Of a stretch of 64,000 nt of DNA, positions 30,534-39,874 are shown one piece after another. The notes below the pieces were generated by a model. It searched no databases. It saw only the letters and a program-made list of their open reading frames with translations, and was not told where the DNA came from. Source of the stretch: an uncultured Methanolobus sp. (lineage in GTDB: Archaea; Halobacteriota; Methanosarcinia; Methanosarcinales; Methanosarcinaceae); contig OY776215.1 of assembly GCA_963675495.1 (NCBI GenBank), positions 2,400,001 to 2,464,000 on the forward strand. The letters are read 5' to 3'. How positions within the stretch are numbered: position 1 is the stretch's first letter; every line of letters starts with the position of its first letter. The position numbers and the translations under genes are program-made.

Positions 30534-31520
30534 TCATATTTTCCGATAGCCTTCTTCATCTGAAAGATCAGATATAAGGTCTTTCAGAACATCGCTGTAC
30601 CAACCTTTTTTTATGTATTGTGGGTAAATAGGCAACCTTTCCTTAAGTGTGACTTCCTGCACCATCTTTCTTAGCTCTGATACACTTGGCCACTCAGCTT
30701 CCGGATTTATCCAGTCAATAGTTGTCGGGGAAATTCCTCCAAGGTCATTGGCACCACATTGTATCAAAAGATAAGGATCAATAAGATTTGGTGCTACCTG
30801 AATGGCCACGTCACTTGGGAGTATTTCCCTTGCTATCAATATGATCTGCATCATTTCCTCTTCGGTAGGTGCGGGGAAATCTGCCATGGGGGTATCCGGT
30901 TTTGGCGTGAAGTTCTGTATGATCACTTCCTGTATGTGGCCATATTCTTCATGTAATTCTGCGATAGATAGCAGAGAATTGATCCTGTCATCAAGGGTTT
31001 CACCAATGCCCACAAGGATGCCAGTTGTAAAAGGAATGTGTAACTCTCCTGCATAGCGTATTGTCTTGATCCTCTGAGCCGGTACTTTTCCAGGTGACCC
31101 TTCATGTGCGGCAACCTCTGCGGTTGTCTCAAGCATCAGTCCCATACTGGAATTAAAGGTTTTTAGTTTTTCCAGTTCTGTATAGTTCAATATGCCCGCA
31201 TTAGTGTGTGGTAAAAGACCTTTATTTATTGCCAGTTTGCAAAGTTCACAAATATAATCAACAGTACTGGAATATCCCTGTTCATCTAACCATTTTTTAT
31301 ATTCCGGTACTTCCTCGGCATATTCTCCAAAAGTAAAAAGCACTTCTGCGCATCCTGCTTTCTTTCCCTGTTCAAGGATTGGCAGAATCTCTTCGATGTG
31401 CATCAGTTGTGCTTGTGGATCATCAGGGTCACGCCTAAATGTACAGTATGCGCACTTATTTCTGCAGATATTTGTGACAGGTACGAAAACATTTCGGCAA
31501 AATGTGACAAATTCATCCAT
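30534..31520 (-). CDS. cofG: FO synthase subunit CofG
   Basis: TNICRNKCAYCTF, LPHTNAG, SMGLMLE, DWINPEAEWP. Confidence 0.95.
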   Translation of the reverse strand: MDEFVTFCRNVFVPVTNICRNKCAYCTFRRDPDDPQAQLMHIEEILPILEQGKKAGCAEVLFTFGEYAEEVPEYKKWLDEQGYSSTVDYICELCKLAINKGLLPHTNAGILNYTELEKLKTFNSSMGLMLETTAEVAAHEGSPGKVPAQRIKTIRYAGELHIPFTTGILVGIGETLDDRINSLLSIAELHEEYGHIQEVIIQNFTPKPDTPMADFPAPTEEEMMQIILIAREILPSDVAIQVAPNLIDPYLLIQCGANDLGGISPTTIDWINPEAEWPSVSELRKMVQEVTLKERLPIYPQYIKKGWYSDVLKDLISDLSDEEGYRKI

Positions 31521-31578
31521 TGTAAATTCCTTGATACAACAATTACATAAGTTTAATCAATTTCATTTTTTATAATAA

Positions 31579-32859
31579 CTATTTCATTATTAATTGCATA
31601 CAGTTATTAACTCCAAGCGCAATGCCTTCTACTTCTATGCCACCTTCACCTTTTGCTCCATCTCCTACTACATAAAGGTTTGTTATTGGTGTTTTATTGT
31701 TAAGGTCTGCACCCGAGGGTGACCTGTTAACAGGCCATTCATTTGAATATGATTGTATCAGAAGTACTTCATATTCCTTTCCTGCAAAAATATCTCTTAG
31801 ATCCTCAAGTCCCAATTCAATTTCTTTATCGAGATTATCCATGTCACTCCAGTGAACACATTGATGAGCCATGGTAAGGTGTTTTCCTTCCGGGGCCAGT
31901 TTTGGATCTATGTTTGTGACCTCATTGATCCCGTTAACTCTCTTGGCATAGGGTGTGAGCAATACTCCTCCATGTCCTATAAGTGGTTTGTCTGAAGAGA
32001 GGCATATCTTGACTCCTGCCGAAGGCTTGAGAGTATCTGCTCTGTGGACATATTCTTCCATGCCAGGAATGCCTGTATTTCCGCCTATCATGCAGGATGT
32101 AGCCACATGGCCGATGTCACTGATAACAATGTCTGCAAGTTTCTCTTCCCCATTGAGAATAACGCCTTTGATAGTTCCACCTTCGATTTTAAAGCCTGTA
32201 ACCTCTGAGGATGTGTGTATTGTTCCTCCATTAGATTTAATCACACCTACAAGAGCATCTGTGATCGCCTTGCATCCTCCCATTGGGACGCCCGCTCCGC
32301 CAAAATGGTAGAGGTTCTCAATAATTGCAAAAGCTTCTTCTACAGGTACATCTGCTCCTTTCAGGCTGAGGGACCAACCAAAGAATGAATCAGAGATCCG
32401 ATAAGTCCAGTCCTGGGGGATATGCTCTTTACACCATTGCTCAAAGGATTTTCCAGAAGGGGGGTTTTTACGGGTGCTGATTACGTAGTACATCAGCTTT
32501 ATACGGTTCAGCAGGTTAAATGGAACCTTGAAGTTCTCGAAAAGAAGATCCTTGTGACCGTACTTGTAATCGGTGTCTCCTTTCTTTCTAGGAATCCTTA
32601 GCACTGAGACCGGTTTACCACGAACGATTTTCACATCTGCTCCGATCTCTTCAAGAAGTTGTGCAAGAGGTCCGGTGGGTCCATGCGGAAGCATATGTAA
32701 TGCACCGGTGCTTAGTTGGAAACCTTTGTATGGTATATTGGTGAACCTTCCACCTATTATCGGAAGACGTTCAAAGACCTCTACTTCATATCCTGAATTT
32801 GAAAGTTTAGCTGCGCTCAAAAGCCCCCCAAGTCCAGAACCGATAATTATTGCCTTCAT
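31579..32859 (-). CDS. Phytoene-desaturase-like FAD oxidoreductase (probable alternative geranylgeranyl reductase)
   Basis: IIGSGLGGL, GGRFTN, LSTGALHMLPHG, LYVVGD; lies next to cofG. Confidence 0.8.
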   Translation of the reverse strand: MKAIIIGSGLGGLLSAAKLSNSGYEVEVFERLPIIGGRFTNIPYKGFQLSTGALHMLPHGPTGPLAQLLEEIGADVKIVRGKPVSVLRIPRKKGDTDYKYGHKDLLFENFKVPFNLLNRIKLMYYVISTRKNPPSGKSFEQWCKEHIPQDWTYRISDSFFGWSLSLKGADVPVEEAFAIIENLYHFGGAGVPMGGCKAITDALVGVIKSNGGTIHTSSEVTGFKIEGGTIKGVILNGEEKLADIVISDIGHVATSCMIGGNTGIPGMEEYVHRADTLKPSAGVKICLSSDKPLIGHGGVLLTPYAKRVNGINEVTNIDPKLAPEGKHLTMAHQCVHWSDMDNLDKEIELGLEDLRDIFAGKEYEVLLIQSYSNEWPVNRSPSGADLNNKTPITNLYVVGDGAKGEGGIEVEGIALGVNNCMQLIMK

Positions 32860-32860
32860 T

Positions 32861-33016
32861 CTATGCCTCAATTGCTTTAACCGGACAGTATGCGATACAT
32901 GCCCTGCAGTCTACACAGGCAGTCGTTATAGTTGCCTTTCCTCTTACTTCAATAGCATCAAATTTACAAAAGGCAATGCATTGGCCGCATCCTACACATT
33001 TTTCGTTCACTTTCAT
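32861..33016 (-). CDS. 2[4Fe-4S] ferredoxin (51 aa; not in ORF track)
   Basis: Manual translation MKVNEKCVGCGQCIAFCKFDAIEVRGKATITTACVDCRACIAYCPVKAIEA, TAG stop. Confidence 0.92.
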   Translation of the reverse strand: MKVNEKCVGCGQCIAFCKFDAIEVRGKATITTACVDCRACIAYCPVKAIEA

Positions 33017-33200
33017 AGTATATTCACCGGATTTTATTGTATAACGTTTTCAACAATAAAAAGCCTTATTGTTCTTTATTTGATTTTGTTTTTTGCAGTG
33101 TTAGTTTTTCAGATGATATAATTTGTATGAAATCACATATTTTTTGATATACTACTTCAAACGGAAATATTTATTATTATGGACATATAATTATATTATC

Positions 33201-33650
33201 ATGGATGACGTTGACCTTGCGATACTGGAACGCCTTTGCAAGAATTCAAGGATGCATAGTACAGAAATAGCAACCGATCTTGGCCTGGCAACATCTACGG
33301 TGCATAAAAGAATCGAAAAAATGCGCGAAACAGGTACTATCCATGAGTTCACCGTCAAAGTGGATACCACAGAGGTTGGCCTGAATGTCACGACTTTTAT
33401 AGGGGTTAACATTGAGCAGAACAAAAGGATCAATATAATTAACCGCCTAAAGAATATCGATGACATATTGGAAATATATGAATTACTTGAGCCTTATGAT
33501 ATATTGCTGAAAGTGCGGACATTTGATATACATTCACTGAAGGAAAATGTTTTGCAGATACTTGGGAATATGGATGGTATAAAGGATTCTCACAGTATTC
33601 TGACAACAAAGTGCCATAAAGAAGTAAGTTGTATAATTCTTAAGAAGTGA
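33201..33650 (+). CDS. Lrp/AsnC family transcriptional regulator
   Basis: MDDVDLAILERL..NSR..EIATDLGLATSTVHKRIEKM HTH plus RAM domain. Confidence 0.92.
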   Translation: MDDVDLAILERLCKNSRMHSTEIATDLGLATSTVHKRIEKMRETGTIHEFTVKVDTTEVGLNVTTFIGVNIEQNKRINIINRLKNIDDILEIYELLEPYDILLKVRTFDIHSLKENVLQILGNMDGIKDSHSILTTKCHKEVSCIILKK

Positions 33651-33730
33651 TCACCATATGTAATGATTATTCGTTATGTATGTGCAAAATTTATATATAG
33701 TTACAGGTTAGTTTCGTTTTAGGTGGTTTT

Positions 33731-34150
33731 ATGAAGAAAGAAGTGATTCAGGTTGTCTCCAGAGAAAATGGAGAATTGTCATCTAAGCAAGTAAAGGCTG
33801 CGCCATATGAATTCACCATGGCCACCCGTGCAAAATGGGAAATGGTGATATCTAATGAGGATACTGAGGTGCGTGCAGGTGAATTCAAAAAAATCAATGT
33901 AAAAGAAATACACCTGGAACCGGACATGGTTGCTCTTCCATGTACTTTCACCCATCATGCAGTTGTTTCATTGGTCAAGGTAGGTACAAAGGGTGGTGCC
34001 AAGCCAGTTGATAATGAACGTGTAATAAATTCTGCCTACATACTGGGTCAGGAGTCTGGCAAGGTCAGGGAGGGTGACCTGCTGGCAGTGCTCAATATAT
34101 TCCCAATAATGTTTACTCGTGAGGCGATGACACCAAAGTCGCTCAAGTAA
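33731..34150 (+). CDS. DUF22-family archaeal protein
   Basis: RAKWEMVIS, PCTFTHHAVVSLVKV, GKVREGDLLAVLNIFP; GGTGG RBS. Confidence 0.7.
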   Translation: MKKEVIQVVSRENGELSSKQVKAAPYEFTMATRAKWEMVISNEDTEVRAGEFKKINVKEIHLEPDMVALPCTFTHHAVVSLVKVGTKGGAKPVDNERVINSAYILGQESGKVREGDLLAVLNIFPIMFTREAMTPKSLK

Positions 34151-34187
34151 GTATACAAAAAGAAAACAAAGAAGGGGAGGGTGTTAC

Positions 34188-34694
34188 GTGGAAACTTGTG
34201 ATATATGTGGTGAGTTACAGGACTTTAAACTTTATGAAGGGTACAATATCTGCACTACCTGCGCGGATATCATGGAAGATGTTATGGGTGAGTATTTTCT
34301 TCGCACGATATGGAAAAGCGAACCCAAGGCACATGGTGCTTATTTGAATTATCTCAATAACACTACGAAGTATATCTCAGATTACAAAAAGATCTCGCAG
34401 AAATCAGACAGACATACAAAAGAGGTCGGTGTTCGTGTTTCGGATGCACTTGTAAATGACACTGAGCATCCTTCAAAAAGACGCTATTTCGAGCACATGC
34501 AAAAGGTTCTTGAATGGTTGGAGGCAACTCCGCATTTCTATCATTACTACTTCAAGGATTATTATGTATGTCCTGGATGTAATGCTTCAATATTCGATAA
34601 ATACAAGCGCATGGATGTTGGTGACTGGATGGTCATCTCATGTTCTGAATGTGGCACTGTCATAAAGAAGTATTTCTCTCCGAAAAGAATGTGA
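34188..34694 (+). CDS. Hypothetical protein with N- and C-terminal zinc-ribbon motifs
   Basis: CDIC..CTTC and CPGC..CSEC; GGAGG RBS before GTG. Confidence 0.8.
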   Translation: METCDICGELQDFKLYEGYNICTTCADIMEDVMGEYFLRTIWKSEPKAHGAYLNYLNNTTKYISDYKKISQKSDRHTKEVGVRVSDALVNDTEHPSKRRYFEHMQKVLEWLEATPHFYHYYFKDYYVCPGCNASIFDKYKRMDVGDWMVISCSECGTVIKKYFSPKRM

Positions 34695-34970
34695 ACTATC
34701 TTTTTTCCAGTCACCAATTTTGATAAATTTCCTTTTTTTCTATACTACTATTTTTTGGTTTATTTTTCAGGCTTTCAACATCGTAATTAAGACAATTTAA
34801 ATATAATGAATTATTATCAACTACTAGCCAACACTATCTATTGAAAAATATGTCAACAGATATTGTTTATCTATCTGCATGTATTTGATATTTATTTGTA
34901 TTAGGTCCTTACACGAAGGTGTTTTATACAAATAGTCTATCTACATTTATAACTTTCAGGAGAATAGTTT

Positions 34971-35363
34971 ATGTCAGGAATAATCGATATTAGTAACATA
35001 GCCAATAGTTACATACCGGTTGCAATAATTCTCATAGTGGCACTAGTGATGCCTCCCATAACAATGCTTATCATTAAATTGGTAAGTCCGAGGAGTAAAG
35101 CATCAGCAAAGTACACGACATATGAAGCTGGTTCCTTACCAACAGGAAATGCCAGAATACAATTCAATGTCGAGTATTATCTATATGCCATTGCTTTTGT
35201 TCTATTTGATATTGAAGTCCTTTTCCTTTATCCATGGGCTACGATCTTCAAAGGACATAATATTGATTTTATAGCAACCGTTGAAATGTTAGTCTTTATT
35301 TTTGTTGTATTGTTTGGCTACGTTTATCTGATCAAGAAGGAGGCTCTTAAATGGATGAAATAG
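34971..35363 (+). CDS. fpoA: F420H2 dehydrogenase subunit A
   Basis: TYEAG, YYLYAIAFVLFDIEVLFLYPWA. Confidence 0.96.
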   Translation: MSGIIDISNIANSYIPVAIILIVALVMPPITMLIIKLVSPRSKASAKYTTYEAGSLPTGNARIQFNVEYYLYAIAFVLFDIEVLFLYPWATIFKGHNIDFIATVEMLVFIFVVLFGYVYLIKKEALKWMK

Positions 35364-35911
35364 AGCAGACGAATGTCGAACAAAATGATGTTTTAGACGT
35401 TGGATATACCGACGTTCCGGGAACGATGCTTACCGACTCAAATGCTATCTGTGAATTCATTAAGAAAACAAAGATCCAGGATGTTCTCAACTGGGGTCGT
35501 AAGAACTCTTTATGGTTCATGGTTAATGCAATGGGTTGTTGTGGTGTGGAACTGCTTGCTACAGGTATGGCTCACTACGATACTGACCGTTTCGGTATTA
35601 TCCCACGTAACTCCCCAAGGCATGCTGATGTACTGATCATCAGTGGCTATGTCACAAAGAAGTACCTGCCAGCTCTGAAGAGGGTCTGGGACCAGATGCC
35701 TGCGCCAAAGTGGGTTATATGCTTTGGAGACTGTGCCATCAGCGGTGGTCCTTTCTATGAATCATACAGTACCCACCAGAACGTTGATGATATCTTCCCT
35801 GTAGATGTTTTTGTTCCGGGATGTCCTCCAAGATGTGAAGCTCTCATTCAGGGATTTGTTGAGCTCCAGAAAAAGATCGAAGCAAAGAAGGACAAAGGTA
35901 CTGATTATTGA
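35351..35911 (+). CDS. fpoB: F420H2 dehydrogenase subunit B
   Basis: GCCGVE, SPRHAD, GDCAISGG, VPGCPP. Confidence 0.96.
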   Translation: MDEIEQTNVEQNDVLDVGYTDVPGTMLTDSNAICEFIKKTKIQDVLNWGRKNSLWFMVNAMGCCGVELLATGMAHYDTDRFGIIPRNSPRHADVLIISGYVTKKYLPALKRVWDQMPAPKWVICFGDCAISGGPFYESYSTHQNVDDIFPVDVFVPGCPPRCEALIQGFVELQKKIEAKKDKGTDY

Positions 35912-35920
35912 GGTGAATTG

Positions 35921-36397
35921 ATGGACGCTAATTCTATAATTTCTTCACTTACAGGCAAGTTCCCTGAAGATATCTATGATGCAGATATCGAGTCTGATAT
36001 AAGGGTCGTTGCCAAAGTGAAGCCGGAAAATGTAGTGGAAGTTTGCCGCTACCTCAAGGAAGACCTGTCATTCGGACACCTTTGCTGTGAATTTGGAGTA
36101 GACTATCCGGACAGGAATGAGATCGAAGTAATATACATAATAGGTTCCTACGAACACCCGGTAATCCTTACCATGAAGGCTCTCCTTCCAAGGGATAACC
36201 CGGAGGTCGAATCCGTAGTACCTGTTTACTGGAATGCTAATTGGTACGAAAGAGAAACGTACGAACTGTTTGGTGTGAAGTATCTTAATCACCCCGACCT
36301 TAAACCTCTTGTACTTCCAGAGGATATGCTCGGTGAGTGGCCTTTACGTAAGGATTACGAAGGCTTCCCAAACAAAACAGCCAGGAATTTGGTGTGA
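35921..36397 (+). CDS. fpoC: F420H2 dehydrogenase subunit C
   Basis: ANWYERETYELFG, HPDL, PLRKDY. Confidence 0.96.
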   Translation: MDANSIISSLTGKFPEDIYDADIESDIRVVAKVKPENVVEVCRYLKEDLSFGHLCCEFGVDYPDRNEIEVIYIIGSYEHPVILTMKALLPRDNPEVESVVPVYWNANWYERETYELFGVKYLNHPDLKPLVLPEDMLGEWPLRKDYEGFPNKTARNLV

Positions 36398-36406
36398 GGG
36401 TTAAAT

Positions 36407-37531
36407 ATGGATGAAACAGTTGGACCTTCTGAAATGATTGTACACCTCGGCCCGCAACACCCCATGCTGCCAGGCCCGTTCAGATTGAATGCAAAATTAA
36501 GTGGTGAGACCGTTGTGGACTCTGAGGTAGAAATGGGTTTTATCCACAAAGGTATTGAAAAGATCCTTGAAAGTAAAACATACCTTCAGGGAATTACCAT
36601 TGTGGACAGAATATGTTACCTTGAAGCACTTACCAACGAAGAAGCATACGTTGGTTGTGTAGAAAAACTTGCAGGCATTGAAGTGCCCGAAAGAGCTCAG
36701 TATATCCGTGTTATAATGGAAGAGCTTTCCAGGATACAGAGTCACATCCTCGGAATGGGTGAATATGCATCCTTTGTCGGATTTGTGAGTATGTTCATGT
36801 ATACCATCAGGGACAGGGAAGATCTTATGTCTCTTATGGACTCCGTAACCGGAGCACGTATCACACACAGTTTCCTGCGTTATGGTGGTGTAAAGGATGA
36901 CCTTCCTGAAAGTTTCAGGGACGATGTAAAATACGTCTTTGGAAACCTTAGAAAGGCTGTTGACCAATATGAGGAATTGTACAGTACCGATTCCATCTAT
37001 AAGGCAAGAACCAAGGGCATTGGAGTTCTTACAGCAGATGTTGCAAAGGACCTAGGTGTATCCGGTCCGCCACTTCGGGCAACAGGTGTTGCTTTTGATA
37101 TCCGTAAGGATGAACCTTACCTTGTCTACAAGGACCTTGACTTTAAGGTATGCACGGAGACAGATGGTGACGTTTACGCGAGGATCCAGGTACGTCTGGA
37201 TGAGATGCGTGAAAGCATGTACATCGTTGAGCAATGTCTTGACCAGATGCCTGCCGGACCACTCTTCCCCGAAAACACTCCGTATGGTAAGAGATCTCCT
37301 GTTATGAGAATTCCTGCAGGTGAAGTTTTCCACCGTGTTGAAGCTCCAAGAGGAGAAATGGGATTCTATATGGTATCCGATGGCTCGGACAAACCATACC
37401 GTGTGAAGATAAGAGGACCTGTGTATCCTACTCTTCAGACCCTGCCACCACTGCTTAAAGGTGTTACAGTTGCAGATATTGTTGCAATTGCCGGCAGTAT
37501 GGACACATGTACCAGTGAGGTTGACAGGTGA
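36407..37531 (+). CDS. fpoD: F420H2 dehydrogenase subunit D
   Basis: LGPQHP, HKGIEK, EAPRGE, EVDR; no NiFe CxxC pairs. Confidence 0.96.
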   Translation: MDETVGPSEMIVHLGPQHPMLPGPFRLNAKLSGETVVDSEVEMGFIHKGIEKILESKTYLQGITIVDRICYLEALTNEEAYVGCVEKLAGIEVPERAQYIRVIMEELSRIQSHILGMGEYASFVGFVSMFMYTIRDREDLMSLMDSVTGARITHSFLRYGGVKDDLPESFRDDVKYVFGNLRKAVDQYEELYSTDSIYKARTKGIGVLTADVAKDLGVSGPPLRATGVAFDIRKDEPYLVYKDLDFKVCTETDGDVYARIQVRLDEMRESMYIVEQCLDQMPAGPLFPENTPYGKRSPVMRIPAGEVFHRVEAPRGEMGFYMVSDGSDKPYRVKIRGPVYPTLQTLPPLLKGVTVADIVAIAGSMDTCTSEVDR

Positions 37532-37533
37532 TC

Positions 37534-38568
37534 ATGATGATGGATATAGAAGCAATCATCTACAACCCTCTTTTAAGAGGTATCCTCGGATTATGTATCA
37601 TGGGTGCCGTATTCGGTGGTGCCTGTGTAGCTGTCTGGTTCGAGCGTAAACTCTCTGCAGATGTGCAGCAGAGATACGGTCCTATGAGGGTAGGTCCTCA
37701 CGGATTACTTCAGCTTGTTGCCGATGCTATCAAGCTGTTCACAAAAGAAGATATCATACCAAAGAATGCTGACAAATTGTTGTTCGTTTCAGCACCGATC
37801 CTCCTTATGGGGTCCGTTTTCCTGATGCTTGTAGCAATGCCTTTTGGTGCTATTATTATAGATGGTCAGAGTTATGTGATCGCAGCAACAGAGATGGATA
37901 TAAGTATCCTTTATATTGAAGCAATGTCTGCAATATCAATTATCGGTATTTTCATGGTTGCGTACAGTGCGAACAACAAATTCTCTGTGCTCGGAGCTTT
38001 CAGGAACTTTGCACGTATGATCGGATACGAAGTTCCTCTTGGTATCTGTATCGTGAGTGCTGCTATAATGGCAGGTTCACTGAATATAGTAGAGATCGCC
38101 GAGGCTCAGAGTCCTCTGTGGTTCATAATAATGCAGCCTCTGGGAGCTATTGTATTCTTCATCGCCCTTATGGCTGATATGGGTCGTCTTCCCTTTGACC
38201 AGAACGAGTCTGAGGAAGAACTCATTGCCGGTTTTCTGACTGAATACACAAGTATGAGATTCGGTTATGTTTTCTTTGCAGAATACATCCATTTGATACT
38301 TGGTTCAATGCTTGTTGTATTGTTGTTCCTTGGCGGATGGAATCTGCCTGTATTCCTGACTGATATAACGATCCTTGGTATAATCCTGCCAACAGTATAC
38401 TTCCTGTTGAAGGTGGCTCTGGTAATGCTCTTTATAATCATGATCAGATGGGCTGTTCCAAGGTACAGGATCGACCAGGTAGTAGACCTGAGCTGGAAAA
38501 AACTTCTGCCGTTGTCCCTCCTTAACCTGGGATGGGTAATCGGACTTGGTCTGCTGGGGGTATACTAA
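37534..38568 (+). CDS. fpoH: F420H2 dehydrogenase subunit H
   Basis: ERK..Q.RYGP..VGPHGLLQ.VADAIKLFTKED, RLPFD..E.E.EL. Confidence 0.96.
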   Translation: MMMDIEAIIYNPLLRGILGLCIMGAVFGGACVAVWFERKLSADVQQRYGPMRVGPHGLLQLVADAIKLFTKEDIIPKNADKLLFVSAPILLMGSVFLMLVAMPFGAIIIDGQSYVIAATEMDISILYIEAMSAISIIGIFMVAYSANNKFSVLGAFRNFARMIGYEVPLGICIVSAAIMAGSLNIVEIAEAQSPLWFIIMQPLGAIVFFIALMADMGRLPFDQNESEEELIAGFLTEYTSMRFGYVFFAEYIHLILGSMLVVLLFLGGWNLPVFLTDITILGIILPTVYFLLKVALVMLFIIMIRWAVPRYRIDQVVDLSWKKLLPLSLLNLGWVIGLGLLGVY

Positions 38569-39012
38569 ATGGTTATTAAAAATATCATAACAGCAGTAAA
38601 GAACATTTATTTCGGCCCCCCTGTTACAAGAATGTGTCCGGAAGTACCAACAAAACTTTCAGACAGGTTCAGGGGCTTGCAAAAGTTAGATAAAACGAAA
38701 TGTATCGGTTGTGGAATATGCGCCAATACGTGTCCCAATAACGCTATTAAGATAGTAAGAGCACGTATCAATCCGGAAAGCGAGAAGCAGAGATGGTTCC
38801 CTGCAATAGATATTGGTCACTGTCTGTTCTGTGGTCTTTGTATAGACCAGTGTCCAAAGGACGCACTGTCCAGCACAAAGGTGTATCTGACAGGTGTTAT
38901 CCGCTGGAACCACGAGGATCTTCTCTTTACACCAGACATGCTGGCAAGGGAAGTAGACATTAATGCTGAGGCAGAAGCCGGTGAGGAGGTGAGCAGATGG
39001 ACCCCACAATAG
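38569..39012 (+). CDS. fpoI: F420H2 dehydrogenase subunit I
   Basis: RFRG, CIGCGICANTCP, CLFCGLCIDQCP. Confidence 0.96.
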   Translation: MVIKNIITAVKNIYFGPPVTRMCPEVPTKLSDRFRGLQKLDKTKCIGCGICANTCPNNAIKIVRARINPESEKQRWFPAIDIGHCLFCGLCIDQCPKDALSSTKVYLTGVIRWNHEDLLFTPDMLAREVDINAEAEAGEEVSRWTPQ

Positions 39013-39275
39013 GCTCTATAATTGAATTGGCAATTTTTGTGATACTGGCTGTTCTATCGATAATGTTCGCAGTATTCGTAGTGACAGCCAGAGATGTAGT
39101 AAGAGCTGCCCTTGCACTTGTGGTAACAATGTTCATTGTTGCAGCTTTCTACATTATGCTAAATGCACAGTTCCTTGGTGTTGCCCAGGTACTGGTATAC
39201 ATCGGTGCAGTAGGTGTATTGATACTGTTCGCTGTAATGCTTACTAAAAGGGAGTTTGGTACAGATGCTGAATAA
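38997..39275 (+). CDS. fpoJ: F420H2 dehydrogenase subunit J, N-terminal part (J1)
   Basis: AQFLGVAQVLVYIGAVGVLILFAVML. Confidence 0.93.
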   Translation: MDPTIGSIIELAIFVILAVLSIMFAVFVVTARDVVRAALALVVTMFIVAAFYIMLNAQFLGVAQVLVYIGAVGVLILFAVMLTKREFGTDAE

Positions 39276-39570
39276 GGAAATTTCATTTACGGCAATGGAT
39301 GTTATCACATCTGTGTATGACTACCTTAAACCACGCATATTTGGAATGTTAATCGCTGCTTTGTTCCTGTCAGTTATGGTAGTGGCAATCGCCTTTACAA
39401 GCTGGCCATCACTTGATCTGATTCCACAGAATATCGAGGATCAGAGTAACATCGAGGGTATTGGAGTGCTTATCTTCACAGACTTCGTGGTTCCGTTCGA
39501 AATAATGTCTATCGTACTGTTGTCCTCATTGATGGGTGCCATCTACATGGCAAAAGGAGATGATAACTGA
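39265..39570 (+). CDS. fpoJ: F420H2 dehydrogenase subunit J, C-terminal part (J2)
   Basis: [31 protein letters not shown]. Confidence 0.9.
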   Translation: MLNKEISFTAMDVITSVYDYLKPRIFGMLIAALFLSVMVVAIAFTSWPSLDLIPQNIEDQSNIEGIGVLIFTDFVVPFEIMSIVLLSSLMGAIYMAKGDDN

Positions 39571-39872
39571 TGATACCGATCGTCGCTTACCTTGCTCTTT
39601 CCGCAGTTATCTTTTCCATAGGTCTCTATGGACTGATGACACAGCGGAGTGGTATTCGCATTCTCATGTGCGTGGAACTCATGCTCAATGCCGCTAACCT
39701 CAACCTTGTGGCATTTTCAAGCTACAACGGTGATCTTACAGGGCAGGTATTTGCTTTGTTCTCCATCGCACTGGCAGCTTGTGAGGCAGCAATTGGATTT
39801 GCTATATTGATGTCCATTTACAGAATGAAGGACACAATTAGTCTTGACTCTATTAACATACTGAGGTGGTAA
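39570..39872 (+). CDS. fpoK: F420H2 dehydrogenase subunit K
   Basis: [23 protein letters not shown]. Confidence 0.96.
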   Translation: MIPIVAYLALSAVIFSIGLYGLMTQRSGIRILMCVELMLNAANLNLVAFSSYNGDLTGQVFALFSIALAACEAAIGFAILMSIYRMKDTISLDSINILRW

Positions 39873-39874
39873 AA

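Noticed and set aside
35364-35636. Pyl-extended FpoA
   Set aside because: Extension would run about 90 codons out of frame over fpoB with a second TAG; FpoA homology ends at the first TAG
38997-39570. Split fpoJ as a frameshift pseudogene; absence of fpoF
   Set aside because: Split J1/J2 and a separately encoded fpoF are known in Methanosarcinaceae
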